Assembly (NCBI RefSeq): GCF_016433145.1
Contig: NC_058133.1
Coordinates: 398,457,195-398,521,194 of the forward strand
Origin: Gracilinanus agilis
Lineage: Eukaryota
Direction: 5' to 3'
DNA length: 64,000 bases
A program made the translations under genes and the position numbers. The notes below the pieces were generated by a model. The model worked only from the letters and a program-made list of their open reading frames with translations. It did no database searches and was not told the origin of the DNA. Each line of letters opens with the position of its first letter. Position 1 is the first letter of the stretch. Positions 25,335 through 37,580 of the stretch are shown here, piece after piece.

Positions 25335-25960
25335 TTCCTTTGATCCACAAGCAACTAAAGCTACCAATAAATATACAAAATATATTTATTACAAAGCATT
25401 TAAGGAGAGAAATAAAACTTGCCCTGAGTCCAGTTAAGGAAGGAATAGAGCCATTCCCTATTTCCATTTCCTTCTATGTATGCATAAACAAACTTGTAAT
25501 ATCAATAATGGAATTCCCAATACATGAATAGAGTTGGAGCCTTGGGTAATGCAGCCTGTCTCAGTCTTAGTTTTTTGCATGCCTGACATGTCTAGCTTTT
25601 AGGCTTTGCTCAACTTCTATTCCCTAGTACTCTCTGAGGCTAGCCCAACTACCCCAGCCATTGTTGCATTTATGTCTAGTGCCATGACTCTCAGAGAGAC
25701 AGAAAGACAGAGAGAGAGACAGAGACAGAGAGAGAGACAGAGCCAGAGAGAGGCTACTTCCCCTTCCATGTGTGGCATGCCTTCTTCCACAATCTCTTCT
25801 CTCCTTGGGTCTACAGTCTCATGCAGAAATAAATCCCTTTCTGTCCCTGCTGTGCCCATCTGATCTATTTCTTAATATTAATAATTTATGTTCATATAGT
25901 TTAAGCTCATATATTGTATACAATGTCTTCTGTTCTCACTTCACTTTGGAACTGTTCATG
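25335..25960. mobile_element. Possible LTR remnant with GA-rich low-complexity tract
   Basis: gagacagaga repeats at 25690-25750 within LTR-like sequence containing AATAAA motifs; termini unclear. Confidence 0.3.
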
Positions 25961-26089
25961 TAAGTTTTTATGAAATCTGCTCATCATTCTTATTGCTATG
26001 TGCTCTTTTTAAATATTTTGAGTCACAATTTCTTTTTAAAAAGCAGGTGAATAAAATACATGTGCAAGGATAATAGGACATAAGACTTT

Positions 26090-26285
26090 GAGGTGACACA
26101 GTGTATAGAGCACTGGTCCCACAGTCTTAAAAACCAGAATTCCAGTCTGGTTTTAGACACTTATTAGCTGTATGACTCTAGGCAAATCACTTGTCCATTC
26201 TCTGTCTCAGTTTCCTCACATACAAAATGGGGATAATAGTCTCTATTTTCCAGGGTTGTTGTGATGAGATGTTTATAAAGGGATT
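26090..26285 (+). mobile_element. MIR
   Basis: gacacttattagctgtatgactctaggcaaatcactt...cagtttcctcacatacaaaatggggataatag. Confidence 0.75.
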
Positions 26286-26288
26286 TGT

Positions 26289-26485
26289 GGGGCAGCTAGA
26301 TACCTCAGTAGATAAGAAAACCAAATCTGGAGATGGAAGGTCCTGGATTCAAATCTTACCTCAAACACTTCCTAGCTACATGATCCCAGGCAAGTTACTA
26401 AGCCTAGTTGCCTAGCTCTTATCCTTCTTCTGCTTTGGAACTGATAGTAGCAATTCTAAGACAGAAATTAAGGGTTTTTTTTTAA
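26289..26485 (+). mobile_element. SINE1_Mdo-like SINE
   Basis: ggggcagctagatacctcagtagat...ggagatggaaggtcctggattcaaat...ttcttctgctttggaact...aattctaagacagaaattaagggttttttttt. Confidence 0.85.
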
Positions 26486-27259
26486 AAAGGGTTTTGCAGC
26501 TCTTAAACAGTATTAAGAATTAGCATTGCTTGAATTTCTCATACTGGTACTTCAGTTTGTCTTTTTTGTGGGCCGATTCCACTGGTATGTGCTAAAAATT
26601 ATCCAATGAAATTCAGTCCTGGGCAGCAATTACTTTCATGAAGATGAACGTAGAAAACTCTGACCCTCAAGACCTACTTTTTATTTTTTACTTGTATCAG
26701 TGACATATTATTGCTCTTGGGAATCTTTACTGTATTCACTTTCTGTTTATTCTTCTGCATTTGGAGAACAGGCAACTTGGTCAGAATAGGCTACAAGCTT
26801 ATCCACTATAGAAAACTCAGTTTTCAATGGCACATTTTACCATGTGTATCTTTATTATTTGATGAACAGCCTATGTATCTTGCTGGAGGACATTACTGGT
26901 GGGAACACTAAACAATGACATAAAACTCTCTCATTCCAAACTAACCTCAATAATCTGAATTTCTGGGGTAATTCTGATGGGTTTAGGGAGACAGTAAGAA
27001 GAGTGTGCTGAGGATGGGAGGAGGAAGTCTTCATGTGGATGTGAAGTTTACTCAGTTCTGTCATCAATAGTTTATAGGTGTGTTTCTCCTCTTGGCATTA
27101 ATTTGTTCTCTTAGTGTGACTGGGTTAGTGAAAGATAGCTCTGCTATACTAGCTATCCCAGATTTTTCCTTTCTCATTCTTTTGAAGTCCTTCCAAGAAT
27201 TAGGTTGGAAGGGTAGAATGGCCAGTTAAATGTTTGTTGGTGGACTGATTAAAATTGGA

Positions 27260-27608
27260 ACAGTAGCTAGACTTGGAGCCAGAAAGACCTGGAGTTTGAA
27301 TCCTGCCTTTGATATCTATGTGATCCTGGGCAAGTCACTTATTCTCCCTAATTCTCTCTTTCCTCATTTGTAAAGGAGAGACAAGAATACCTATAGGTAA
27401 GAATCAAAGGAAAGACTATGAAAGACTTAAGAATTCTGCTTAAGGGGCAATTGGATAGCTCAGTGGATAGAAAGCCAGGCTTAGAGATAAGAGGTCTTGG
27501 GTTCAAATATGGCCTTAGACACTTCCTACCTATGACTCTGGGAAAATTATGTAACCCCAATTGCCCAGCCCTTAAACTTATTCTTCCTTAGATGGTGAGG
27601 GTTAAAAA
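27260..27608 (+). mobile_element. MIR (27260-27440) followed by a SINE1_Mdo-like SINE (27444-27608)
   Basis: gtgatcctgggcaagtcactt, then ggggcaattggatagctcagtggatagaaagccaggcttagagataagaggtcttgggttcaaat. Confidence 0.8.
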
Positions 27609-27659
27609 ATTCTCGTTAATTCGAAGACAAATTATGACTCCAGTATACTGATGATGAAG

Positions 27660-27860
27660 CATGCCACCTACCACCTGGCAGAGAGGAGATGGATTCAAGA
27701 TTCAGAATGTGACAAATGGTTTTGATTTTGAATAGGGCAAACGCAGGAATTTGTTTCGCTTGACTATACATGCTCATTTCAAGGGTTTTCTTTTTCTTTT
27801 TCCAATTTGGGTGTGAAGGAGAGGAAAGAAATATTTGTTAATTGAAAACAAAAATTCAAA
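27660..27860 (+). mobile_element. Old marsupial L1-type 3' terminus
   Basis: cctggcagagaggagatggattcaagattcagaatg...ggaatttgtttcgcttgactatacat followed by an A-rich end. Confidence 0.55.
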
Positions 27861-28109
27861 AAATAATTTTTGTAACGTGCTTTGTAGATTTATTAAATCA
27901 ACATGTAAACATGAGTTATTATTCTTTCTAGTAGTGCAAACAAAAATTACTAAGCATCAGAAATCCTGACCTCTCAGAAACTATTGTTCAACTCTGAATA
28001 CAATATTCAATGTAGCTATCCTCTTCTATTGATGGAGATACTCATATCTCTATGTATTCCAAAAAGAATGACCTAGAATGTATTCTCCTGTGCCCCATTT
28101 AGGAATGAA

Positions 28110-28300
28110 ATATTAGATCACAGATTTAGAGCTAGAAGGGAACTTATAGGGTCTTTAGTCCTACCTCCTCATTTTATAAATGAGAAAAATGGGTCCCGCA
28201 GTGACTAGATGATTTTCCTAAAATCATATATGTAAGAGGTTATAAAACCAGGAATAGAGAAGCAGGTCCACTGATAAAAATCTGGTACCATTTTCCCAGA
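28110..28300 (-). mobile_element. MIR
   Basis: gatcacagatttagagctagaaggg...ctcctcattttataaatgagaaaaat. Confidence 0.6.
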
Positions 28301-28622
28301 ATCATGCTAGTTTGAATTTTGAATTGTAGGAAATTTTGTCATGCCTGAATCCTAGGATGTTTTAGGGGACCAACTATCAGGCTAGCCCTTTGAATTGACT
28401 AAATAATTTTGATTCTCAAAAGAATATTTATCAGAATAGATAATATTTGTTAGAATATGTATTAGGGTCACATGAGGACCTGAAATTCATATTCCTCAGT
28501 ATGTGGAGCATTTTCTATTCCTCTGAGAAAGTGATCCAAATTATCTCAGAAAGACTCTTTTTATTATCATTTCATTGTGCAGAATAATCTGTATTGTTAC
28601 TGTATCCTGCCCCTTTGGGATA

Positions 28623-28926
28623 ATTGTACTGATGGGATTCTTGGACACTAATCTCTGAGAGATTCATTTGATAGATGAGTCATCAGAGGTAATCTGGGAA
28701 TTAGGTAGAATAAGTAAATTGAACCAGGAAAGGTCTGCTCATTCACTGGGTTCCTTATGACAATCATCTCAGTTTTGTAAATTAATGGAGAGCTAGAGGT
28801 ATCTCTCCAGAGAAAAAGAAATCAATGGGAAGCCCAGCAGGTGATGCCAGTTTTGAAGAAGCTAGTCTTATTTGGACCATGAGGGAGAGCAGCTAATATA
28901 TATATACACCAAAACCTAGCAGGGCT
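28623..28926 (-). repeat. Copy 1 of a diverged direct repeat, LTR-like
   Basis: Aligns along its length with 29761-30069 (shared gggaagcccagcaggtgat, gagagctagag, ccaggaaagg). Confidence 0.65.
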
Positions 28927-29330
28927 TGTGACAGGAGCCGTTGGGGCCATAATGGTCTCTGGGGGGGACCAGATCCAGCTGTTAGCCAAGAGTACTAGAT
29001 GAAAGGACTGAAATGAACCACGAGGTCAGAATCAGTTTAAACAAATGACTTTTTAATTTGCTTTAGGCAAACTAACCAGATTATAGAGAACAGGTTAAGG
29101 ACTGGGATACTATAGAGACCTTCCTGGTGAGTATAGGAAGTGACTAAGAGATTAGTGTAAAATGGCCTGAAGAATGAGGGAGGAATAAATCAGTAAAAAA
29201 GGGCTTAAAAAACCCATCAGAGCCAAGGATCACTAAATTTTTATTCAAGATTAGGTCAACTAAGTAGCACTTATTTTAACTTTGAACATTTTCCCTTTTT
29301 ACTATTGTTTTAAACTGATATATTTCCTTG
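28927..29330 (-). mobile_element. Probable LTR inserted between the two repeat copies
   Basis: Minus-strand end ...gctcctgtcaca; R/U5-like gaaccacgaggtcagaatcagtttaaac. Confidence 0.4.
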
Positions 29331-29429
29331 TGATTATATACTCCAGAAAAACAGGACATTGTGGTAGTCTAGTGGAGAGAGAGCCAGGGTCATAGACAAG
29401 TGGTACTGAGGAGGACAGATAATTTATTG

Positions 29430-29655
29430 GTCTTGGAGTAAAAAATAATTCCTAATCCTTGGACCTAAATATGAATGTTACCTCAGATACTTTTTAGCAA
29501 TGTGATCCTGAGCAAGTTACTAACCTCAGCCTCAGTTTCCTCATATGTAAAATGGTAATAATAATAATAGCATCTATATCACAGGGTTGTTGTGAAGATC
29601 AAGTGAAATAACTGCCCTTTTGCAAACTTTAAAGTTCTCTATAAATGCTAATTGT
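29430..29655 (+). mobile_element. MIR
   Basis: gtgatcctgagcaagttacttaacctcagcctcagtttcctcatatgtaaaatgg...acagggttgttgtgaagatcaagtga. Confidence 0.75.
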
Positions 29656-29760
29656 TGTTATGAAGTCCCACCACCATGAGACCCTGAGCATTTAACTCCC
29701 ACTGCTTTAAGTTGCTCTGTATTTTACTTATTTTATGAAAGCATTAATCTTTTGGAAAAA

Positions 29761-30069
29761 TTGTAACGATAGGATTTTTGGGTTCTACTCTCTCTGGGAG
29801 ACTCATTTGAGAGATGAATCATTCAAAGATAATCTGGGAGTGAAGGAGAACTAGTAAACTGAGCCAGGAAAGGGCTGATCATTCTTTGGGCTCCTTGTAG
29901 CAATCAGCTCAGTTCTGCAAATTAAATGAGAGCTAGAGATGTTCCTCAGAGATAAGAAAATTAGTGGGAAGCCCAGCAGGTGATAATGCTCACTTTGAAG
30001 TAGTAGTTTTATTTGGGGTGTGGGAAGAAGCAGCTAAAATATAGAAAAACTACAGGGCCTGGTGACTCA
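29761..30069 (-). repeat. Copy 2 of a diverged direct repeat, LTR-like
   Basis: Aligns with 28623-28926; minus-strand AATAAA at about 30008-30013; minus-strand end ...atcgttaca. Confidence 0.65.
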
Positions 30070-32369
30070 GTTACAGAGAAGTTAGCTGGCTTGGTAGCCA
30101 TAATTTCAAAAGGAAATTCCCAAATGGTGTCACTAAGAGTTGGACTCGACTGGATAAGAAAAATAATTCCTTACTCTTGGTGCTGCAACTCTGTTTTTTA
30201 CTTCCAGTTACATTTCTAGTTAGTAGTAGTAACTATAAATGCTTAGGAAACTCAATTTGATGCTTATTCCCAAGTTATAAAGGAAAAAGAGAAGTTGATC
30301 TTCTTCTGATGCAGTAGATCTGGGTGAGAAGAAACAAGAGGTAGGAGCAGATGAATAGTCAGTGTCAACAGAGGAATACCTGCTGAGAATTCACCAATGT
30401 AAAGCCTTGTATGACACCCTTCAAGAATATACAAATAATATCACTAATGAACTTGAAGGAAACTTAGGTTTTAATTATTTAGAGCAAAATGAGCAATGGG
30501 GACACTTTTAACAGGATTTGCTCTTGCCGATTCAAATTCAGTTTTCCAGGCAATGAAAAATGGATGCCCCTCATATCCTCATTTGGAATAGTAGAAAGAA
30601 CCCTTGCCCTGTCTGCATTCAAGTATAGAGGATTATTTGGGAAGGAACACTCCCTGATTTAGAAAATTCCAGTGACTTTCTTGAGATGCAAAAGTCTAAG
30701 GACTATTGGAGTGTGATTAGTTTTTGAATGATGGATAGTGTATTTCTTTAATATATTTAATGAGGTCTGTTTTCCTCATTGAAAGCTCTTTGTCCTGGAA
30801 GATGAATTTCAGCTTCTAGTTTACCCAGAGGTGGTAGGAAAGAATGTGAGAAACGTTTGGTGTTGAGTCATAGTAATGAGATGTACTTCCTGTCTATGTT
30901 TTCTTTTTTTCCTCATCTGGAAGGTTGGTCAGCAAACAAATCACAACAGAAACAAAACATACAATCATTTTAAAATAAATTCAGGGGATTTTCCAGGATA
31001 GAGAAATTTTTTTTAAATCTATAAGATTTATCTCATTATTTACATTATACTCTAGTGCAATTCTTTTATGCAATCCCTATGCTGAATTTCTATCTCTTTC
31101 CTCGGATATACAATATCAACGACCATGAAATTGACAAGAAAATTGGACCTTTAAAAATCTTTAGATAAAACTGGAAGAAAAGCTTTGAAAAAAATTGAAA
31201 GTAGAGAGGTAAATGGTGAATCATTTTTGGAATAGTTTTTCCCTCTCTTCTTCTTTCCCTCTCTTACCTGTGACAATAAAGAAAAAAAATTGACTGAAAA
31301 GATCTTAAAGAAAGCCAAAGATTTCAACAACATGTTGGGTTTGTTCTACGGTCATTTTCTTTCAGTTAATAATAGTACTAGTGTTTAAACATAAAAATAT
31401 GATTATTCCTAACAGATTATTCCACCCCCCCCTTCTACCCCAATTGTGGAAGTATATAAAAAAGAAAGAAAAAACCCACAGCCAGTTCTTGGTAAGTAGA
31501 TTTTAATTTGTATCTACACTGTGTTCTTCTCACTTCATTAGGCTTAGAATTTGTGACTGAACAGCAGTGTTTGGGCAGCCTGCTGCCTAGTTGGAGATGT
31601 CAGAAGCAATTACGTTCTCAGATTTAAGATTTTATTATCACACATATCCTGTCTTTAGCTATCTGAGTGGACAGCCCAATCAAGGATGATAAGTATTTCA
31701 TCATATCTTTTCAGTTGTTGTACAACTTTAATAACATCTCATTTTTAATATCACTTTGTACAGCAAGTGCATAGTAGCTAGAACTGTAGCTAAATGGAAT
31801 TAGCCGAGTGTTTGAATTTTTTACATCTTTCTTTAACTTCCTTACTCTTTCACTGGAATAAATAAGACACACTAGAACATTAAATAAAGAATTTGCAGAA
31901 AACAATACTCTTGTTTACTTTGGTGCATTTCAGAAAGAAGTTCATGAACTATCCAAAAGATAGGCTATATAAAACAATGTAGTAGTTCATTACACCAGAT
32001 GTCATCCTCTTCTATGTCTTAGTAGAAGGAAGTCTTTTTTTTGGTCTTGAGTTGGTGTGAGGAATAGGCTCATTAGGCTATTGGAAACTTTGCCTTGATT
32101 TCCTATTATATTTTCCATTTCTTATTATATCTAGAAGGGAAACTGAGAAGTGAAGTTATTTAGTATTTTTGACTGTGAGAGACCAGTAGCCCCAACACAA
32201 GGAGAAGACATTGGCTCTCATTTTGGAACTTAAAATGATCCAATCTAGTGTCTTTTATGCTCCAAAAAACTTATAAACTTCTTGAAGGATTGGCTAGTAG
32301 GTATCCTCCTTTGAAGCCTTGTTTATAATCAATAATAATGAAATACTTGGAAGTTACTTTGATGATTCA

Positions 32370-32615
32370 GAGGTGGTTGGTATAATAGAAAAAATACTGG
32401 AGTAGGACTCTCAAATGTGTTTAAATTCCACCTTTACTGCTACATACAAGTAATGTGACCACAGGCAAGTGATATAACCTTTTGGAGTATTAGTTTCCAC
32501 ATTTGTAAAACAGGGATAATTACATCCTTCACTGAGTTGTTGTGAATTTCAAATCTGATTATATAAAATGCTTTGTAAATCTTAAAATGCTATCTACTTA
32601 AGCTATTATTATTAT
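32370..32615 (+). mobile_element. MIR
   Basis: gtgaccacaggcaagtgatataacc...gtttccacatttgtaaaacagggataat...gctttgtaaatcttaaaatgcta. Confidence 0.7.
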
Positions 32616-32944
32616 GTTATTATATGTAAAGTACTAGGGATCTTTGTAAAGATAAATTTCCTCTTGTAAAGTAGACATTAGGTCAACTCTGATAGAGGCA
32701 GGATGTCCATTTCCCTTGAGTTCAGGGCTTTCTTTACTATACTCTACATGTGGAAACATGGCTTGCTGTGCCAAGTTGAGAATAATCCTACTGTGGGAGA
32801 TGAGATCTTTTCAAGGTCAGTGACTGTAGTGATACTAGCTCTCTTGTCCTCTTTTAATCCTTAATCTTTGGCTATCAGAGCAAAGATCAGGTGGAAATTG
32901 GTCTGGAAGAGGGATAGTATTAAGGACACAATTATACAATAATG

Positions 32945-33530
32945 GTATTAGAAGAACTTCAAAGACCATATAACTCAACCCATAACTGAACAGTAATCTC
33001 CTCTATGAAATCTTTGAAAATTCATTATCTATTCTCTTCTTGAAGAACTCCAATGACAGGAACATTCCATTTTTGGACAGTTTAGTTGTGGAAATTTGTT
33101 CTTATATTAAGCCAACTTCTCCTATTGCTCCCTTGAGATCAAGCAAAATAAATCTAATGTTTATTTCATATGATAGTTTTTCCTGAAGAGTTATTTTTCC
33201 CTATAATCTTATTTTCTCTTGATTAAATATTTTAACTGATACTCATAGTTTCCAAGCCCATATTGTTGAGCACTATTTAAACAATATTTTATTTTCCTAA
33301 TTACATGTAAATAATTTTAAATGTTAATTTTTTTCAGATTTTGGGTTATAAATTCTCTCCCTCTTTCCCACCCTTCTTTCCTTTTCTACTCCCTGAGACA
33401 GTAAGCAATCTGATATATATTTTAGATCTGATCACTGCTTTTAAGACATGTTTCAGCTTGCTAATGTGTGGTGTCTAGAAGTGAATATGCTATTCCAAAT
33501 GGAGTCTAACCAAGATGGAGTACAATGAGA
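32945..33530 (-). mobile_element. L3/CR1 remnant, interrupted by a short L1 3' piece at about 33285-33420
   Basis: cttcttgaagaactccaatgacagg, ccatttttggacag and gaatatgctattccaaatggagtctaacca are antisense CR1/L3 motifs. Confidence 0.5.
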
Positions 33531-33544
33531 TAATTTTCTCCATT

Positions 33545-36300
33545 ATTCCTCTTCCCCTCCCTTTCCATTTTTCTTTTTAAGATCATCAAAACTGAACAGA
33601 ACTACTCCCAGATTCTCTTTCTAATTAGGTTCCCTTAAGACCCTTGAAGATGATAGAGTTCAGAGGGGGTCACATGTATCATTTCTATTAGAATATATTC
33701 TTTAGAACATAGTCTAGTTGCATAAATTGTTCCTTTATGTTTACCTTTTCATATGTCTCTTGACTCCTGTGTTTGAAATGCAAATTTTCCATGGAGATGT
33801 GGTCTTTTCACCAGGAATGCTTTAAAGTCCTCTAGTCTATTCCCTCCTTTGTAGAATGATACTCAATTTTGCCCCACACATTATATTTAGTTGTTTGCCT
33901 ATATGTATATTTTATCTTTTGGAATATTGTATTCCAAGTTCTCTGCTCCTTTATGATGGTGACTGCTAAATTGTGTGTGATTCTGACTGTGACTTCTTGG
34001 TACTCAAATTCCTTCTTTCTGGCTGCTTAGATATTTTTTTCCTTTGAATGAAAGAAGTATTTATTAAGCAGTTTTTTTTTTGTGCAAAGCACTATGCCTC
34101 TTAGAGCTAGGGATACAAACAGAAAAAATAAAACAGTCTGCTCTCAAGGAAGTTATTTTCTAATAGGAGAAGACAATGCATAGGTAAGGTATCAGCTCAA
34201 GGCAGATAGAAAGTTGTTCCCATGTTCCTTAGCTCTAGCAGCAAAATATATGGGAATGGCTCTTTAAGGTTATTTCTACTGATAAAATCATATCAGTTTC
34301 TGATATTGAACCATGTTGAAAGGTCCAAAGACTTTAGCGAGAAGGATGCTCTTTTCTTTAGTTAGCTTTAATGGTGGTACTTGCAGGATCAATTATCAGG
34401 CTGCTTTTCTGCAGGGGCTATCTCCCAGGATGATAGCAGGGGCACGGAGACAGAAGGATTGCCATTTCCCATGGTCTTAGGTTCAGAGTTTTTGGCTTTC
34501 TTCATTGAAGCCTAAGGAGAGATGGTGGTCAAGAGTTCTTGTTTGTAATAAAAAGCTTGTGTTTTGGCTAAAATATTCCTGCAAGTTTTTATTTTGGGGT
34601 TTCTTTCAGGAGGTGACTTTGGGGATTCTTTCTATTTCCCCTTAATCCTCTGGGTCTAAAACCTCAGGGAAATTTAAAAAAATTCTTGAAATATAATATC
34701 TTGACTCCTTTTTGTGTGTGTGTGTGGTTTTGTATTGTTTTCATATGGCTTTTGGACAGTCCATTGATTCTACATTAGCTTTCCTTGATCTGTTTTATAG
34801 GTCAGTTGGTTTAACTGTTTTGCTCCATTTTCTTCTCTTTTTTTTACTGTTTTATTATTTCTTGTTTTCTTATAGAGTTAATATCTTCACTTTTGTCCAT
34901 TTTAATTTTCAAAGAGTTAGTTGTCTCAAGGTTTTATATATTTTGTAATAAGTTGATAATTCCTTTCCAATTATACTTTCATAGCTCTCATTTCTTTTCT
35001 AAGATTCTCCTGTATCACTATCAAATGTTTATATATTCTTTTTTGAATAATAATTATATAATAAGTTTATATTAAATATCTATTCCTGTATATTGTATGT
35101 ATATGTATATACAAAGGAAAGAGGTTAAAAGAACACACACATTTTAAATTGTTTTAACTCTTGCTTCATCTCTTCTAGTGATCTATTTGAACTTGTGCCC
35201 ATGCCATATTTTTCTTTGAGGGTTTGCTTTTACATGATTTGGAGTCATTCTTTTCTGGTGATGATGATGATGATGATCATCATCATCTTTCTTGACTTTG
35301 GACTTTATGTTAGTGCTGAGCTCTGGGTACTTCTGGCAGCTGTGTTTGGACTTATATTCTCCAGGTTCCTATAGCTAGGTAGTCCAGTGTATAGAGCATT
35401 TTGATATATAGATTTGAAAAGACCTGAGGTCAAATCTAGCCTCAAACACTTACTTAGCATCAATCTGCTTCAGTATCATCATCTGTAAAATAGGGATAAT
35501 AACATCCATTTCCCAGGCTTGGTAGGAAGATAAAACGAGACAATATTTGTAAAGTGCTTTTCAAATTGTAAAGTGCTTGATGAATGCTAGTATTCAGCGT
35601 TGATTTAAACTTATATATCTGGGACAACTCAATCTAGGAATCTGAGAGACTTTTGTGCTCCACAAATGGTCTGATCCAGGACAATGTTTGATTGCTACTT
35701 TCTTAGTCTGAGCTTTGCAAGTTCCTGATCTGCATTAGGATCTGAGCAAAACACCTTTGGGCTTATCCTAGCTTCATTTTGAAAAGAATGTTCTTGGAAT
35801 CAGTTTCTATTAGTCAATTGTAATACTTGGCTAGTTCATAATGATAATACCACAGGCTCTCCTTTCAGTCTGGGGATTCCTGCCCTTTGTTATTCTGCCA
35901 CAGGCTTCAGACTGACTGGGCTGGAGACTTGAACTAAGATCCTTGCTCTGTTCCTGGAGTCAGTGCCGTGTAGTTACTTATTTCTGAACTTGCTCTTTGC
36001 TCTGTGTATAGCCTGGAACCCGTGGCCATTTCTTAACTTAGAACACCACCTTCTTCAGGTTTCTTCTTTAGTCAGCCTTGGATCTATGACCTAGATCTTG
36101 GGAATGAGTGATAGAGTTACCAGTTGGCACCAATTTCTGCACCTTACATAAGTTTCAGTTCCCTTATGCTGGATTTGGGACTTCTTCCTCAGATGTTCAG
36201 TCTTTCTCTGTGTTGGAATGTTCCACACAGCTATTCCTGGCTCGACCCCTTCCCCAGTGTTATAATGCTTCTCTTATTGTCTCCCTATGCCAGTCTAGAC
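33545..36300 (-). mobile_element. Old L1 5' half (inter-ORF, ORF1, 5' UTR) with nested L2, MIR and other inserts
   Basis: ttggaatattgtattccaagttctctgctcctttatgatggtgactgctaaattgtgtgtgattctgactgtg is the antisense marsupial L1 ORF1 motif also seen near 47270 and 59450. Confidence 0.65.
35370..35590 (+). mobile_element. MIR
   Basis: agctaggtagtccagtgtatagagc...agacctgaggtcaaatctagcctcaaacacttac...catctgtaaaatagggataata. Confidence 0.7.
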
Positions 36301-36605
36301 TGTAAAAATGATTCACTCTGATCTGATTTGTCTCTTTATTTCAATCAGTTAATCAATTTGGATTGCCAAATCAAGAATGTATCTGATAGATATTGTGTTG
36401 AAACTTCAGTGTCCTGAATGGAAGGAGTGTTGATCTCACAGTGCTCTTAGCCTTGGATGAAAGGAAAATAGGCCTTAGGCAGAATCAGGTCTGGAGAGCA
36501 GAATTAGAAACAAGGAAGTCTTAAAGAGATAAACTTTATCGGTGTTTAAGGAAAAAATTCCAAGCAATTAGAGTTGTCTACAAGTGGGATGGTTTGCCTT
36601 GGATG

Positions 36606-36750
36606 NNNNNNNNNNNNNNNNNNNNNNNNNNNNNNNNNNNNNNNNNNNNNNNNNNNNNNNNNNNNNNNNNNNNNNNNNNNNNNNNNNNNNNNNNNNNNNN
36701 NNNNNNNNNNNNNNNNNNNNNNNNNNNNNNNNNNNNNNNNNNNNNNNNNN
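36606..36750. other. Assembly gap (N run)
   Basis: 145 N. Confidence 1.
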
Positions 36751-36784
36751 TTTTTCCTCCTTCACCTATTTCTTCTTTTTTCCT

Positions 36785-36995
36785 CCTCCTCCTTCTCTTT
36801 CTTCTTCCCTTACCTTCTGTCTTAGAACCAATACTATGAATTGGTTCTAAGACAGAAGAGTGATACGGGCTAGGCAATGGTGTTTAAGCGACTTGCCAAG
36901 GGTCACAAAACTGGGAAATTTCTGGGGTCAGATTTAAATCCAGGAACTCCCTCTCTAGGCTTGGCTCTCAATCCATTGAACTACCTAACTGCCCC
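36785..36995 (-). mobile_element. SINE1_Mdo-like SINE
   Basis: ccttaccttctgtcttagaaccaatactatgaattggttctaagacagaagagtgatacgggctaggcaatgg. Confidence 0.82.
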
Positions 36996-37439
36996 CTTTA
37001 GAGGTCTTCTAAGCCTATTTGTTCAGGGATGTTGAAGAGTAGATTATTTCCCAGGCATAGGTTGGACTAGACATCCTTTGAAGTACCTTCCAGTTATGAG
37101 ATTCTGTAATTCTGTGCTGTAGTCTAGGTGGAAGAGACAGGAAACGTGGGAGAATGAGTCACCTGCACCAAGGGTAGGGAGGGATAGAGTCCTGGTCTGT
37201 TAGGAAGGAGTGGGTTGTGGAGTGGTAAATAAACCCAAGCAGGATGACTCAAGACTGGGAAGGAGTTATGCTTGAGTTAAAAACAAATGGGAAAATAGTG
37301 TGGTCAGATTTCAAAGGCTCAGGTGAATTAATTGCTTAGTTTCCTTCAAAGTATAATTCAAGTACCAGTCTCATATAACAGGCCTTTCCTGATCTATTAT
37401 TAGTAGTATTCTCTTCTTTTTGAAATTAAATTGCATTAC

Positions 37440-37580
37440 CTTACATATGTTGTATTTACTTGTATGCCCATTGCCTCAGATTAGAAGGTAAACTCCTTGA
37501 GGGCAGGGTATATTTCATCTGTGTCTTTGTGTTTCTAGTGCCTTCCAGAGAGTAGATGTTTAGTGAATATTTGTTTAATT
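37440..37580 (+). mobile_element. LINE-2 3' end
   Basis: ttagaaggtaaactccttgagggcaggg...tctttgtgtttctagtgcc...tttagtgaatatttgttt. Confidence 0.7.

Noticed and set aside
26515-26585. Minus-strand KKDKLKYQYEKFK resembling TMEM120 KFAYKDEYEKFK
   Set aside because: The frame stops two codons later and no neighbouring TMEM120 exons are visible
26523-26800. Ig/TCR leader-like exon (SLSFLWADSTG|gtatgt), 115-nt intron, then VTYYC
   Set aside because: The second exon stops after about 30 codons, has no V-domain framework and no recombination signal; the acceptor for the leader is weak
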